A stretch of DNA of 64,000 nucleotides from an uncultured Gemmataceae bacterium. Lineage in GTDB: Bacteria; Planctomycetota; Planctomycetia; Gemmatales; Gemmataceae. The notes below the pieces were generated by a model. It did no database searches and was not told the DNA's origin. It saw only the letters and a list, made by a program, of their open reading frames with translations. A program made the position numbers and the translations under genes. The DNA is taken from contig CAVVPN010000004.1 of the NCBI GenBank assembly GCA_963750165.1, positions 256,001-320,000 on the forward strand. The letters are read 5' to 3'. Positions 44,002-54,190 of this stretch are shown here, piece after piece; position 1 is the stretch's first letter, and every line of letters begins with the position of its first letter.

Positions 44002-44061
44002 TCCACAGATGAACACTGATAAAGACATTTGAATTGGTCTTTATCAGTGTTCATCTGTGGA
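44002..44061. repeat. Perfect 25-bp inverted repeat (TCCACAGATGAACACTGATAAAGAC)
   Basis: 10-nt loop; preceded by a family A-like half element, TCACCGCGGAGTACGCAGAGAGCGCAG, at 43965. Confidence 0.85.
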
Positions 44062-44169
44062 TCGCTTCCTGCGGGTATGGGAATTGCATGTACTTCCTGG
44101 TAGCCGTACCGCCGAGCCCGGCGGTCGGGGAAAGGTCGCCTGTCATCCGGAACCGGAAGGAGCAAGCCC

Positions 44170-44589
44170 ATGCGCGTACGAGACATCATGACCGAAGGCC
44201 CCGCCTGCTGTACCCGGAACACCCGGTTGCTGGACGTGGCCAAAATGATGGTGGACCACAATTGTGGCGCCATCCCAGTAGTGGAGAGTCGGGAGCACCC
44301 TGCCCCGGTGGGCATCGTCACCGACCGCGACATTGTGTGCCGTTTGGTGGCGCAGGATAAGGATCCGCGCTACTTGACGGCCGAGGAGTGCATGACGCCG
44401 TCGGTCGTCACGGTGGACAAGGAGACGGAACTGGAGGACTGCGAGCGGCGGATGAGCGATTACCAGGTCCGGCGGATTCTGGTGACGGACGCCGCGGGCA
44501 ACTGCTGCGGCATCGTGGCCCAGGCGGACATCGCCATCAACGCACCAGAGGAGGAGACTGGCCAGGTCGTGCAGGGCGTGTCGTCGTGA
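44170..44589 (+). CDS. CBS domain pair protein
   Basis: Motifs VRDIMT, CGAIPVV, GIVTDRDI and GIVAQADI. Confidence 0.92.
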   Translation: MRVRDIMTEGPACCTRNTRLLDVAKMMVDHNCGAIPVVESREHPAPVGIVTDRDIVCRLVAQDKDPRYLTAEECMTPSVVTVDKETELEDCERRMSDYQVRRILVTDAAGNCCGIVAQADIAINAPEEETGQVVQGVSS

Positions 44590-44604
44590 ACGCGGTGCTT
44601 CTTT

Positions 44605-44650
44605 CTGCCGCTGGCGGCGTAGCGGAAACGCACAAAACCGCCAGCGGCAG
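44605..44650. repeat. Hairpin element, family E
   Basis: CTGCCGCTGGCGG...CCGCCAGCGGCAG between convergent genes. Confidence 0.7.
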
Positions 44651-44661
44651 CAAAGACTGCG

Positions 44662-45093
44662 CTAGCGCTGCACCTCGGAGTCGAAGACGCGGACCTTTTT
44701 CCAGTTGTCCTTGTTCTCGTCGATGAATTGTTTGTGCCGCGCCGCGTCCTGGTACAGGTCGTGCGCCTTGCGGTCGGCAAAGATGATGTGCAGTGCCACG
44801 TCGAAGTCGCGGTCGTTGACAGGGCGGTCGAGCCCCTCGGCGACAACGCCGGCGGCGAAAAAGACCTCGCCGGGGTGCTTCGACAGGTACTTCTTGCAGG
44901 CCGCGACCAACTTTTCTTTCGCGGCTTTGGAATTGTCCTTGAGCGCGAAGTAGACGTTGTGGGCGATCAGCGGTCCCCTGGCCTGCTTCTTGTCGCCCTG
45001 CGCCGCCGCCTCGGTGCCGCGGCCGGCGTGCAGCGTCACAACCGCGGCCACCAGCGCGATCAGGGCGACGCTACCGATCATCCATCTGCGCAT
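44662..45093 (-). CDS. Secreted Dabb (stress-responsive A/B barrel) protein
   Basis: Signal peptide; HNVYFALK, FDVALHIIF, YQDAARHKQFI and VRVFD. Confidence 0.85.
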   Translation of the reverse strand: MRRWMIGSVALIALVAAVVTLHAGRGTEAAAQGDKKQARGPLIAHNVYFALKDNSKAAKEKLVAACKKYLSKHPGEVFFAAGVVAEGLDRPVNDRDFDVALHIIFADRKAHDLYQDAARHKQFIDENKDNWKKVRVFDSEVQR

Positions 45094-45199
45094 GTCGGAT
45101 CTCCTGGAACGGGTGAGAAAACTCGCCGGGTTGGTGTACGAGCGCGGCCGGGCAGCGGTAAGCCCATTCGCCCAGCCTGACGCCGCACTTGCGAAACAG

Positions 45200-46408
45200 T
45201 CATCCAGCCCCCGGTAGGGGGGACAGCCGTTCAAAGAAGTCGAGATACTGCCGGGCGACGGCAGCCCAGGCGAACTCGTCGCGCGCACGTTGCACTCCCC
45301 GGTCGCTCAGTTCCCGACACTGGGCCGGACTGGCCACGAGGTCGCCGATTGCCCGCGTCCAGCCGGCCTCGTCCTTCTCGCCCACCACCAGCCCGGTGTC
45401 ACGCACCACGAACGGGATTTCACCGCTGTCGCTGCCAATGAACGGCACCCCGGCGGCGAACGCCTCCACCACCATGCGGCCAAACTGCTCCTTCCAGTTC
45501 GGCATCGTCTGGCTCGGGGCGCACAGCACGGTCATCGCGTTCAGGTACGCCGGCACGTGATCGTGGGTCACGTCGGTACACAACCGGACGCGGTCGCCGT
45601 GCCGTGCCGCCCAGGCCCGCAGCTCGGCCTCCATCGGCCCGGCGCCGACGAACAGGGCGCGCCAGTCGCCGCCGAGCCGGTCGAGCGCCCGGGTGAGCAA
45701 CCCCAGCCCCTTGTCCGGGACGAAGCGGCCGAGGTAGCCGACGACCGGCGGCCCGGACTCCCAGCCTAGCTTGCGCAGGACTGCCCGGCCGGCCGCCGGG
45801 TCGGGGCGGAAGCAGTGCACATCGACGCCCAGGGGAATGCGGGCCATCGGCTTGTCGTAGCCCGGCCGGCCGCCCAGGGCCGCGGCCACCAGTGAGCCGC
45901 TGCAAATCCAGCCAGCCGCCCGACGCAGCGCGTAGCGCTCGACCCACCGGAACGGCGGCGGGTAAGTCTTGCTGATGCTCTGGGCGGTGCGGTACACGAG
46001 CGCGGCGCCGGGCCGCGTCCACCACGCCACCTGTCCCCCCGCCAGAATGTACGGCTCCTCCCAGCAGTGAACGACATCCCAGCCTTCCGCCAGGACCGAG
46101 CGCAGCCGCCGGCCGTAGAGAAAGACGTGGACGCGGCGCGTGAAGTAGGCATCCACGGGGACGAGTCGGCACGGCTCGGAGTCGGCCGCCGTCAGCCGTA
46201 CCGGGCGGAGGTCGTTGCCGCCGTGAAAGTAGGTCGGGGCGACGGCCGTCACCTCCCAGGCGTCGCCGCCGACCCGGGCCATCTCGTGGGCCAGCCGGCG
46301 GTTCATGCCGACCACGTAGGAGTGAGCGATTGACAGCAGCCGACGGCGGCGCTTGCCGGCGCGCGGAGCGGCCGGGGCCGCGGCCAGCGGAGTGGTTGCC
46401 GGGGTCAT
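45200..46408 (-). CDS. Glycosyltransferase family 4
   Basis: Motifs YLGRFVPDKG and EQFGRMVVEAFAAGVP. Confidence 0.9.
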   Translation of the reverse strand: MTPATTPLAAAPAAPRAGKRRRRLLSIAHSYVVGMNRRLAHEMARVGGDAWEVTAVAPTYFHGGNDLRPVRLTAADSEPCRLVPVDAYFTRRVHVFLYGRRLRSVLAEGWDVVHCWEEPYILAGGQVAWWTRPGAALVYRTAQSISKTYPPPFRWVERYALRRAAGWICSGSLVAAALGGRPGYDKPMARIPLGVDVHCFRPDPAAGRAVLRKLGWESGPPVVGYLGRFVPDKGLGLLTRALDRLGGDWRALFVGAGPMEAELRAWAARHGDRVRLCTDVTHDHVPAYLNAMTVLCAPSQTMPNWKEQFGRMVVEAFAAGVPFIGSDSGEIPFVVRDTGLVVGEKDEAGWTRAIGDLVASPAQCRELSDRGVQRARDEFAWAAVARQYLDFFERLSPLPGAG

Positions 46409-47283
46409 GCGCACACCATCTTTTCCCCGGCCATCAGGGCGGCCCAGAGGGACTCGGCCTCCGGGTGCCCGGCCGGATAGGCCAGCAGCTGAAACTCGCC
46501 GTCGGTGTCGGCGCGCTGGCCGCCGAGCACGAGCGGGCGGACCACGTAGTCCAGCCCGGCGAGGGCGTCCACGACCGCCTGGTAAGTGTGGTGCAGCTCG
46601 ATGACCATTGCTGGTCGGGCGCGCGCCAGCAGGGCGCGCCCACCGGCCAACACCCCGGCCTCGGCCCCCTCGACATCCATCTTGATGACCTGCGGATCGG
46701 GGAGCCCCTGGGCCGCGGCCAACGAGTCGAGCCGGCGGACCGCCACCCGGATCACACCGCACTCGGCCGGGGCCGCCCCGGTTTCGGCCAGTCGTCCCCA
46801 GGTCGGGGCGTGCGAGACGCGGAACTCGGCCGCACCGTCGTCGCTGCCCAGCGCGACCTGATGGACCTGAATGCGGTCGAAGCCGTTCAGCCCGGCGTTC
46901 GTGCGGATGCGCGCGGCGTTCTCCGGCAGCGGCTCGAAGCAAACCACCCGGCCGGCGCCGCCAACGCAGCGGGCGGCCAGGACGGCGGTGAAGCCGACGT
47001 TCGCGCCGATGTCGTAACAGGTCATGCCCGGGCGCAGCAGCCGGGACAGGGCGAACTGCACGTCCGTGTCATGGGTGCCGAGGAGGAAGCCGACAGCGGA
47101 CGGGCCGCCGTTGAAGCGCAGCCCCCGACCCAGGCCGCGCTGGATGTGTCCGTCGCGGTTGCGAAGGAGGTTCGGCAGCCAGTCGGTGGCGCGCTTGAGC
47201 AGCGGCAGCCGCCCGCGCGCCGCGGCCGCGGCCCGAATCCAGGAGGACGGGAGGCGGTGGAGCAAGTTCAGCATGAGTTTCAT
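46405..47283 (-). CDS. FkbM family methyltransferase
   Basis: Motifs YDIGANVG, FEP and IKMDVEGAE. Confidence 0.9.
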   Translation of the reverse strand: MKLMLNLLHRLPSSWIRAAAAARGRLPLLKRATDWLPNLLRNRDGHIQRGLGRGLRFNGGPSAVGFLLGTHDTDVQFALSRLLRPGMTCYDIGANVGFTAVLAARCVGGAGRVVCFEPLPENAARIRTNAGLNGFDRIQVHQVALGSDDGAAEFRVSHAPTWGRLAETGAAPAECGVIRVAVRRLDSLAAAQGLPDPQVIKMDVEGAEAGVLAGGRALLARARPAMVIELHHTYQAVVDALAGLDYVVRPLVLGGQRADTDGEFQLLAYPAGHPEAESLWAALMAGEKMVCA

Positions 47284-47301
47284 GGAGGACCTCGGTCGCG
47301 G

Positions 47302-47895
47302 TCAGACGGCTTGCCAGATGATACAGCGCTTCAGCCCGTTCGTGCTGTCGTCCACCGCCTGCCACCCTTCCGGGATCGGCAGCGCTGCCGGCGACGGCCA
47401 GAAGTTCACATCGTCGATCAGCAGATAGCCGCCCGGCCGGAGTTTCGGCACCGCCCGGCGGACGCAGTGGGTCCGGTAGTGGCCGTCGATGACCGCCAGG
47501 TCGAGGGACCGATCCGGGAGGTCGTCGGCGACCCGAACATAGGCGGGCATCGGGTCGTACTCGGTTCGCTCGCCCTCGGCCTCGGGGTGGTCGAGGGGGA
47601 CCAGGCGGTAGTCCACGTTGCTGAGCCCCGCGGTGGCGAGCCGGCGCTGCACCGTGGCGTGCCAGTCCGGGTTGTGTTCGACACTCGTCAGCCGGCCGAC
47701 CCGGCGGGCGAACCAGACGGTGCTCCGCCCGCTGCCGTACTCCAGAGCGGTCATCGCCGGGCTCAGGTGCCGCTCGCAGAAGCGAACCGTTCCCGGACAC
47801 AGCCACGGGCTGCCGGGATGGAGTTTCTCCCAGACGTAGTACCGCAGGCGGACGGCGAACTGCCGTGGGTGCGTCAGCCAGTGCCGGAGATTCAT
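47302..47895 (-). CDS. Class I SAM-dependent methyltransferase
   Basis: Motifs LEYGSGRST, VIDG and LRPGGYLLIDD. Confidence 0.8.
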   Translation of the reverse strand: MNLRHWLTHPRQFAVRLRYYVWEKLHPGSPWLCPGTVRFCERHLSPAMTALEYGSGRSTVWFARRVGRLTSVEHNPDWHATVQRRLATAGLSNVDYRLVPLDHPEAEGERTEYDPMPAYVRVADDLPDRSLDLAVIDGHYRTHCVRRAVPKLRPGGYLLIDDVNFWPSPAALPIPEGWQAVDDSTNGLKRCIIWQAV

Positions 47896-49055
47896 GATAC
47901 CACCTCGCGGTAGACGGCCAGCGTCTGGCGGGCAACCTCGTCCCAGGTCAACGCCTCGGCCCGGCGGCGGCCGGCGGCGCCGAGTCGGCGGCGGAGGTCC
48001 GGGTCGGCCGTCAACCGGCGGAGCGGCTCGGCGAGGGCGTCCGGGTCCCACGGGTCCGGGACGATCAGTCCGTCTTCACCATCGCGGATCACCTCGGCCG
48101 CCCCGGCCGCGGCGCTGCAGACGACCGGCAGACCGCTGGCCATGGCCTCGACCGCGACCAGGCCGAAGGTGTCGTAGAAGGTCGGGAAGACGAACAGGTC
48201 GGCGGCGGCGTAGTAGCGCTCCACGTGCGGAGTGCCGGGCACCAGATGCACCCGGTCGCCGACGCCCTCACTGCGGATCAGCTCCCGGTACGGCTCGAAC
48301 GGCGACCGGGACACGGCGACGAGGTGCAGGTCAGGGACACGGGCGACTCCGCGGATCGCCGCCGGCATGGCCTTTTGCAGATCCCCGACGTACAGCGCCA
48401 GCGGGCAATCGTCGGCCACACCGATCTGGCGGCGGACCTCGGCCCGCCACACTGGGCGGTTGCGCGGGTGGAACGTCTCGGCGTCCACTCCGTGATGGAT
48501 CACACGCACCCCATCGACCCGGCCGCAGTAGCGGCGGAGGTCGTCCCCAAGGCGGCGGGAGACGGCGATCAGCCGGCAGGCGCCGGCGGGCGAGAAGGTG
48601 CGGCGGTCGAGCCAGTCGGCGACGGCGTAGAACAGCCGCTTCCGCCAGCTGGGCCGGCCCGTCCACCGGGCCAGCGCCGCGCGCCAGGCACCGTGGCACA
48701 TGTGGGCGGTGACCACGTTCTGCCGCAGTCCGCAGAACCCCTGGGCGTGAACGATGTCGAACTCGCGGCCGACCATCCAGGTTGCAGGCAGGGCGAACGT
48801 CAACAGGGTGGTCATGACGTTGCGCCGGTTGGCGGGGACGTGGTGGAACGTCAGGCCGCCGGGGTCCGGCTCCGTCACGGTGTTGGCGAACACGTGGACC
48901 TCATGGTCGCGCTTGAACCGGGTGGCCAGCTCGGCGACGTAGCGGCTGTGGCCAAAGGTCCGGTTGTAGTCGTGGACCACGTAGGCGATCCGCAGCCGGG
49001 GACTCGTCCCGGTGTCCACGAGGGAAGCGCTGACGGGGAACGGCAGGGGGTGCAT
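47892..49055 (-). CDS. Glycosyltransferase family 4
   Basis: Motifs IHHGVD and FVFPTFYDTFGLVAVEAMASGLP. Confidence 0.9.
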   Translation of the reverse strand: MHPLPFPVSASLVDTGTSPRLRIAYVVHDYNRTFGHSRYVAELATRFKRDHEVHVFANTVTEPDPGGLTFHHVPANRRNVMTTLLTFALPATWMVGREFDIVHAQGFCGLRQNVVTAHMCHGAWRAALARWTGRPSWRKRLFYAVADWLDRRTFSPAGACRLIAVSRRLGDDLRRYCGRVDGVRVIHHGVDAETFHPRNRPVWRAEVRRQIGVADDCPLALYVGDLQKAMPAAIRGVARVPDLHLVAVSRSPFEPYRELIRSEGVGDRVHLVPGTPHVERYYAAADLFVFPTFYDTFGLVAVEAMASGLPVVCSAAAGAAEVIRDGEDGLIVPDPWDPDALAEPLRRLTADPDLRRRLGAAGRRRAEALTWDEVARQTLAVYREVVS

Positions 49056-50212
49056 CAGGCAGACTCGGAATGACAGGGACGAACGAGGCCGGAAGTGCGC
49101 AGCAGGCGGACGGTGTGTTCGACCGCGAACCGCGACTGATACAGTTCGGCGCCCCGGCGGCCGAGGTCAGCCCGGCGTCCCGGGTCCGCAAGCAGGGCCA
49201 GGACGGCGGCGGCGATTTCCTCCGGCCCGGCGACCAGGACGGCCCCCGAGGTCCGCCAGAAGGGCTCGGACAGATACCCCTCGGTGGTGACGGTCGGGCA
49301 GCCGAGGGCCAGCCCGGCCATGACGCTGCTCCGCCGCGTGCTAACGCCATCCGGGTAGGGCTGGAGCAGCAGGTCGCACGCCGCCAGGTGGGCGGCGACG
49401 GCCCGCGCTTCCAGGCGTCCGGTGGCCGTCAGGCGGCCCGTCAGAGTGGGGAACGTGTCGAGAAATGCCGCGGCGAAGGCCGGCCCTCCCGGACCCAGCA
49501 GGACGCCTCGCGCTTCCGGGAGTCCGTTCAGCAGCTGTCCCAGGGCGGGTCCCAGCAGTCGGGTGATGGCCGGCCCGAACGTCCCGAAGTGCCCCACCAG
49601 CCAGCGCCCGCCGCCGGCAAGGAGTTGGTCTCGCACGGCGGCACTGTCGGCGGCCGGGCAGTCGGTCGGTAGGCTGCTCGGGATCGGGGCCCACACGGGC
49701 CGCGGGAAATTACCGGCGAGGTGCCGCAGCATGGGCTCCCATCCCGGGATGGACACGAACACGCGCTCGGCAGCCCGCAGCAGTAGCGAGGCCATGCCGC
49801 GTTGCACCGCCGCCAGCGCTGTGTGCTTCCACGGCTGGCCCGACTGGAACGGGAAGGCGACCTCATGGAACATCACGTCCAGCGGCCGCCGCCGCGCCCA
49901 CAGCCAGCCGCACAGCGGCACGTTCATCGCCCGCCAGCCGAAGGCGTGCGGGGTGTACTGCAGCAACACACGACCCGGCCAGCGGTCCAACTCCCGGTCC
50001 AGCACGGCGAGAGAGCGCGGGCCGAAGCCTCCGGGCAGACGGCGGACGGTGACGCCGGCGGTGTCGGCGTCGGGGCCGGCGGCGACCGGGGCGTACACAG
50101 TCACGTGGTCGCCGGCCAGCGCCAGCTGCCGGGCCACCAGGGCGGTGTAGTCCGCGACGCCGCCCGGCTGCGGCGGATACTCGCCGGTCAGGATGGCCCA
50201 GTGCATGGTCAT
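49055..50212 (-). CDS. GT4-like glycosyltransferase
   Basis: Motifs EYPPQPGGVADYT and PYPDGVSTRRSSVMAGLALGCP. Confidence 0.8.
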   Translation of the reverse strand: MTMHWAILTGEYPPQPGGVADYTALVARQLALAGDHVTVYAPVAAGPDADTAGVTVRRLPGGFGPRSLAVLDRELDRWPGRVLLQYTPHAFGWRAMNVPLCGWLWARRRPLDVMFHEVAFPFQSGQPWKHTALAAVQRGMASLLLRAAERVFVSIPGWEPMLRHLAGNFPRPVWAPIPSSLPTDCPAADSAAVRDQLLAGGGRWLVGHFGTFGPAITRLLGPALGQLLNGLPEARGVLLGPGGPAFAAAFLDTFPTLTGRLTATGRLEARAVAAHLAACDLLLQPYPDGVSTRRSSVMAGLALGCPTVTTEGYLSEPFWRTSGAVLVAGPEEIAAAVLALLADPGRRADLGRRGAELYQSRFAVEHTVRLLRTSGLVRPCHSESA

Positions 50213-50251
50213 GGAACGGCAGCCGGGACCGTGCCCGGGAGGACAAAAATC

Positions 50252-50344
50252 CTGACCGTCACGGATGGTGGGGCGGGCAATCTCAACTGGGCCGATCTTT
50301 TCGCCGAAGGCGTAAAAACCCGCCCCACCATCCGTGACGGTCAG
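50252..50344. repeat. Inverted doublet, family D
   Basis: Perfect 26-bp arms (CTGACCGTCACGGATGGTGGGGCGGG) at 50252-50277 and 50319-50344. Confidence 0.85.
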
Positions 50345-50468
50345 CAAAAATCCGATTCAGTGTTGGCTCGCGCTCATCCCACGGGGCTTCCCAGGTGTCC
50401 CGGAAGCCGTACCGGAGCAGGTGATCGCGCAGCGCCCCGGGCGAACTGCCGGCCCGGCTCAGCCAGGT

Positions 50469-51650
50469 TCATACGCTCTCGTGAAAAACGGTTGCCAGCG
50501 CTCGGACATGCGCTTCGGGACCGAACCGCCTGGCGGTCTCCCACGCCCCGACTGCGAGGCGGTGCCGATGAGTGCCGTCGGCCAGCGCCCGGACCAGGGC
50601 GGCGGCGAGGGCCTTCGGGTCCGGCCTGTCCCCGGGAGCGGACTCACCGGACACCCCGGGAGTCAGCCAGTCTGGAATGCCCCCGGTGGCGTACCCCACT
50701 GCGGGCAAACCGACGCCCCCGGCCTCCACGCCGACCAGCCCGAATGGCTCCGGCCAAACACTCGGCACCGCCAGGATGTCCGCCGCGCGCATCTCGGCGT
50801 TGCGGCGCTCTGGCTGGACCCAGCCGAGGAACTCGGCTGGCAGTCCGACGCGGCGCGACTCTGCCTCCGCCGCCGTGCGATCCGGCCCATCCCCGGCGAC
50901 CACCAAGGTCAGGCGCTTCCCCAGCTGCGCCGCCGCGGCCGGCAGGGCGGCGATCAGGTGGTGCAACCCTTTCAACGGCGTGACGCGGCCGACGAACAAC
51001 ACCCGATTCGACCACGGCTGCGGTGCAGGTGGGTCGGGGTCGGGGCAGGCGCCCGGGGGGAAGAGGGGGAGCAACCGGAGTCGGTCCTGCGGCACTCCGT
51101 TGCGACGGTACTCCGCGACCATGTGGCGGCTGGCGACGAGGACCGCCCGGTACTTGCCCAGGGCGGCCTGGCGGCGGCGCTGGCTCCGGTAAAGCTGCAA
51201 CAGAGTGAGGGGGTTATTCCCACCACAACGGCGAGGGAAGTAAGCCGCCAGGCAGCCGAGACCGAGGGGGCGGCTGCACGCCTCGTACCCCGGGCGGGCG
51301 TGGCACTTGGTGCCGCTCACACAGGTCGCCTGATAGTTGTGGGCGTACAGGACGGCCGGGAACTGGGCGGCGAGCGCCGCATCGAGGACGGGATCGGCGA
51401 GTCCCTGGGAGTAAACCACGTCCGGGTTCCAGTGCCGCAGTTCGGAGAGGACGGCGGCGGCGGCCCTCCCCCCGACCAACCACACCCGGACCGTCGGACA
51501 TTCGGTCAGGACCGGGCGCAAGGGAGCGTCGCACTCGGCCAGCACGCCGACTTCGAACCCGGCGGCCAGCAACCGCGGCAGCAGAGCCTGGAGGTAGGTC
51601 TCCACCCCGCCGACGATCCCCAGGTGCTGGGTGGCGATCAGGACGCGCAT
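50469..51650 (-). CDS. Glycosyltransferase family 4
   Basis: Motifs GGVETY, FVGRVTPLKG and PSVWPEPFGLVGVEA. Confidence 0.9.
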   Translation of the reverse strand: MRVLIATQHLGIVGGVETYLQALLPRLLAAGFEVGVLAECDAPLRPVLTECPTVRVWLVGGRAAAAVLSELRHWNPDVVYSQGLADPVLDAALAAQFPAVLYAHNYQATCVSGTKCHARPGYEACSRPLGLGCLAAYFPRRCGGNNPLTLLQLYRSQRRRQAALGKYRAVLVASRHMVAEYRRNGVPQDRLRLLPLFPPGACPDPDPPAPQPWSNRVLFVGRVTPLKGLHHLIAALPAAAAQLGKRLTLVVAGDGPDRTAAEAESRRVGLPAEFLGWVQPERRNAEMRAADILAVPSVWPEPFGLVGVEAGGVGLPAVGYATGGIPDWLTPGVSGESAPGDRPDPKALAAALVRALADGTHRHRLAVGAWETARRFGPEAHVRALATVFHESV

Positions 51651-52816
51651 GGCACCGAATACACCTGCTCGGCCAGGAGTCGGAGCGCGGCGTCCGGGTT
51701 GCGGGCTGCCACCGCGCGGCGGGCCGCCCGGCCCAGTTCGGCCAACCGGTCCCGGTCGGCCAGTGCCTGTTCGAGCACCGCGGCGAGGGCGTCGGCGGAC
51801 CCGGCGGAGACCATCCAACCGGTCTCCCCTGGCCGGACCCACTCGGCGGCGCCGCACTGGTTGGTGACCACGACTGCCAGGCCGCAGGCCATCGCCTCCG
51901 CGACCACGAACCCGAACCCGTCCTCAAGCGACGGCAGGACGAACAGCTCCGCGCGGTGATACGCCGGCAGCGGATCCCCGGGCCGAACCTCAACGGCGAG
52001 CCCTACCCGCTCCCGGGCCAGCAGACGCCGGGCGCCGCGGTCCCCGGTCGCGCCAACCAGTTCGATCCGCACCCGCTCGGGGCCGACCGCCCGGGCCGCG
52101 CGGAGCAGATACACAAACCCCTTGCGCAGGTCGAGCGACCCGACGTAAACGACCCGGAGCGGGCCGGTCGGGCGCTCGCGCTCCGCCGGCGGATGGAAGC
52201 GGACGAGATCGATTGGCTGCGGGCAGACGAACACCCTGGCCGCCGGGACGCCCTCCCGGATCAGCGACGCCCGCGCCCACTCCGACGACACCCGGATGCG
52301 GTCAGCCAGGGCGTACTCGCGTTCCACGCGCTCGACCAGCGCCGGCGTCGGGTGCCCGGGATAGGGCCCACCCACCCACCTGGCCCACTCCTCGCGGTAC
52401 ACCCGGGCGAAGCCCCGGATGTGTCCGTTCGGGCTGTCGAGCACGGTCGGCACCCCGTTCTGCCTGGCCCACTCCAGAGCCTCCAGCCCGACCTGGGTGA
52501 ATACGTACACCAGCCTCGGCCGGAGGACCGGCAGTCGGCCGGCAGCCCACACGCCGACATGCCGGTCGTGCCCAAGGATGAACCGGCCGGGCCAAAGCCG
52601 GCCGACGACGCGCCGCGCGAACCAGGACGGCCGGTAAGGGGGGGTGACCTCCCAGGTGACCGGCGCGGCGGGGTCCGCACCGAACGGGGCACCCGGCACC
52701 CGGCCCGGCCCCAGCGCGACGACCGGGCCAGCGGTCGCGAGACTGGCCACGGCGCTGGCGGCTTGCAGTCCGAGCCCCCCGGCCCCGGCGACTGCGGCGT
52801 AGATCACGGCGGTCAT
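51638..52816 (-). CDS. Glycosyltransferase family 4
   Basis: Motifs YVGSLDLRKG and PSLEDGFGFVVAEAMACG. Confidence 0.9.
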   Translation of the reverse strand: MTAVIYAAVAGAGGLGLQAASAVASLATAGPVVALGPGRVPGAPFGADPAAPVTWEVTPPYRPSWFARRVVGRLWPGRFILGHDRHVGVWAAGRLPVLRPRLVYVFTQVGLEALEWARQNGVPTVLDSPNGHIRGFARVYREEWARWVGGPYPGHPTPALVERVEREYALADRIRVSSEWARASLIREGVPAARVFVCPQPIDLVRFHPPAERERPTGPLRVVYVGSLDLRKGFVYLLRAARAVGPERVRIELVGATGDRGARRLLARERVGLAVEVRPGDPLPAYHRAELFVLPSLEDGFGFVVAEAMACGLAVVVTNQCGAAEWVRPGETGWMVSAGSADALAAVLEQALADRDRLAELGRAARRAVAARNPDAALRLLAEQVYSVPCAS

Positions 52817-54168
52817 CGGCTCACCTCCGCGCACGCCTGGAGACTATTTCGGAGAATGTCGTCCAGTTCCGCCGCCCGGTGCGCGTAGCTCAACTCCTCC
52901 AGCAGGGCGGTTCGGTCGATGGTGAGCGGCTGCCGGCGATCGAACTTCGCCGCGCACACCGCGGTGATGGCCTGCGCCATCCCGTCCACATCGTCCGGCT
53001 GGACCAGGTACACCCCGGGTTTGTCCGCATAATAGTTCCAGTTCTCGCCCCGCGGGACGGCCGCAAGAATCGGCCGGTCGGTCATGAGGTATTCGTAGGT
53101 CTTGGACGCGATCCGCCCGCCCGGCGAGCCGTCCGTCCGGTTCTGCACGCACTGGAACAGCAGGTCCGCGGTTCGGGTCTGGCGGGCGATCTCGGCCCGC
53201 GGTTGCGGCCCGTGGACGCGGACCAGGTCGGCCAGCCCGGTCACCTCCAGCACCTTGCGGATCTGCTCCTCGGTTGCAACGCGGCCCCCGTACACGTCCA
53301 CGAACACCTTGCCGCGCCAGTCCGGGCGGGTGGCGAGGACCTGCTGCACGGCCCGGCCGACGAACACCGGGGTGTGTGTCCGGTGGTCAAGTCGGGTCAC
53401 CCAGTATCGTCCCAGATCGTCCCACGCCCGCTTCAGCCGGCTGAGCACCGGCCGGCGCTTGTACCAGTCGTACCACCCGCCCATCGAGCCGATGTAGACG
53501 ATCCGCACCGGGCCGTCCGGGTCGGGGCCGATCCCGGGGACCGGGGCGAACTCTTCCGGCTCGGCGCCAAGCCGGACGGTGTGGAACTTCCTCTGCTGGT
53601 CGGCCGGCTGTCGGCTGCGGACCAGCTCGGCGTTGAAGCGCGAGACGTACACGACGGCGTCGGCGGCCCGGACGTAGCGGTCCTCCAGCCGCCGGGCGTG
53701 GCGGTAGTGGAAGTACGTCGGGAAGCAGGCGTGCATGTCGGTGCAGCTGTGGGAGTCGCTGAAGCAGTAGATGAGCGGCAATCCGGTCTCGGCCTGCAGC
53801 CGCGCGCCGGCCATCCCGGCCCCGTACGGCATCATGAAGTTGACGATCATGCGGGGCTTGCGGTCCCGGATCAGGTCGCGGGCGAACCGGACCGCGGCGT
53901 CGTTCCAGTACACCGCCTCGTCGGGCCAGACCAGCCACTCGGCGAACTTGTCCAGCTTCGCCCGGCCGAGGGCACGCACCCATCGGGGCCGGCCGGGGTT
54001 CGGGACATGGTGGACGGGGACGCCGGTCAGGGACCCGCCCGGGGCGGCCGTGATCACCTCAAACGTCCAGCCGCGGTCGCGCAGCCCGGCCAGGAGTTTC
54101 TCGGTCCAGATCGCCCCGGCCAGCAGCCACGGCGGGAACTCGTAACACAACGCGACGAAGTCGAGCAT
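52813..54168 (-). CDS. GT4-like glycosyltransferase
   Basis: Motifs YEFPP, IVYIGS and IASKTYEYL..RPIL. Confidence 0.8.
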   Translation of the reverse strand: MLDFVALCYEFPPWLLAGAIWTEKLLAGLRDRGWTFEVITAAPGGSLTGVPVHHVPNPGRPRWVRALGRAKLDKFAEWLVWPDEAVYWNDAAVRFARDLIRDRKPRMIVNFMMPYGAGMAGARLQAETGLPLIYCFSDSHSCTDMHACFPTYFHYRHARRLEDRYVRAADAVVYVSRFNAELVRSRQPADQQRKFHTVRLGAEPEEFAPVPGIGPDPDGPVRIVYIGSMGGWYDWYKRRPVLSRLKRAWDDLGRYWVTRLDHRTHTPVFVGRAVQQVLATRPDWRGKVFVDVYGGRVATEEQIRKVLEVTGLADLVRVHGPQPRAEIARQTRTADLLFQCVQNRTDGSPGGRIASKTYEYLMTDRPILAAVPRGENWNYYADKPGVYLVQPDDVDGMAQAITAVCAAKFDRRQPLTIDRTALLEELSYAHRAAELDDILRNSLQACAEVSR

Positions 54169-54190
54169 ATCACCTCGGGCCGCCAGGGGG

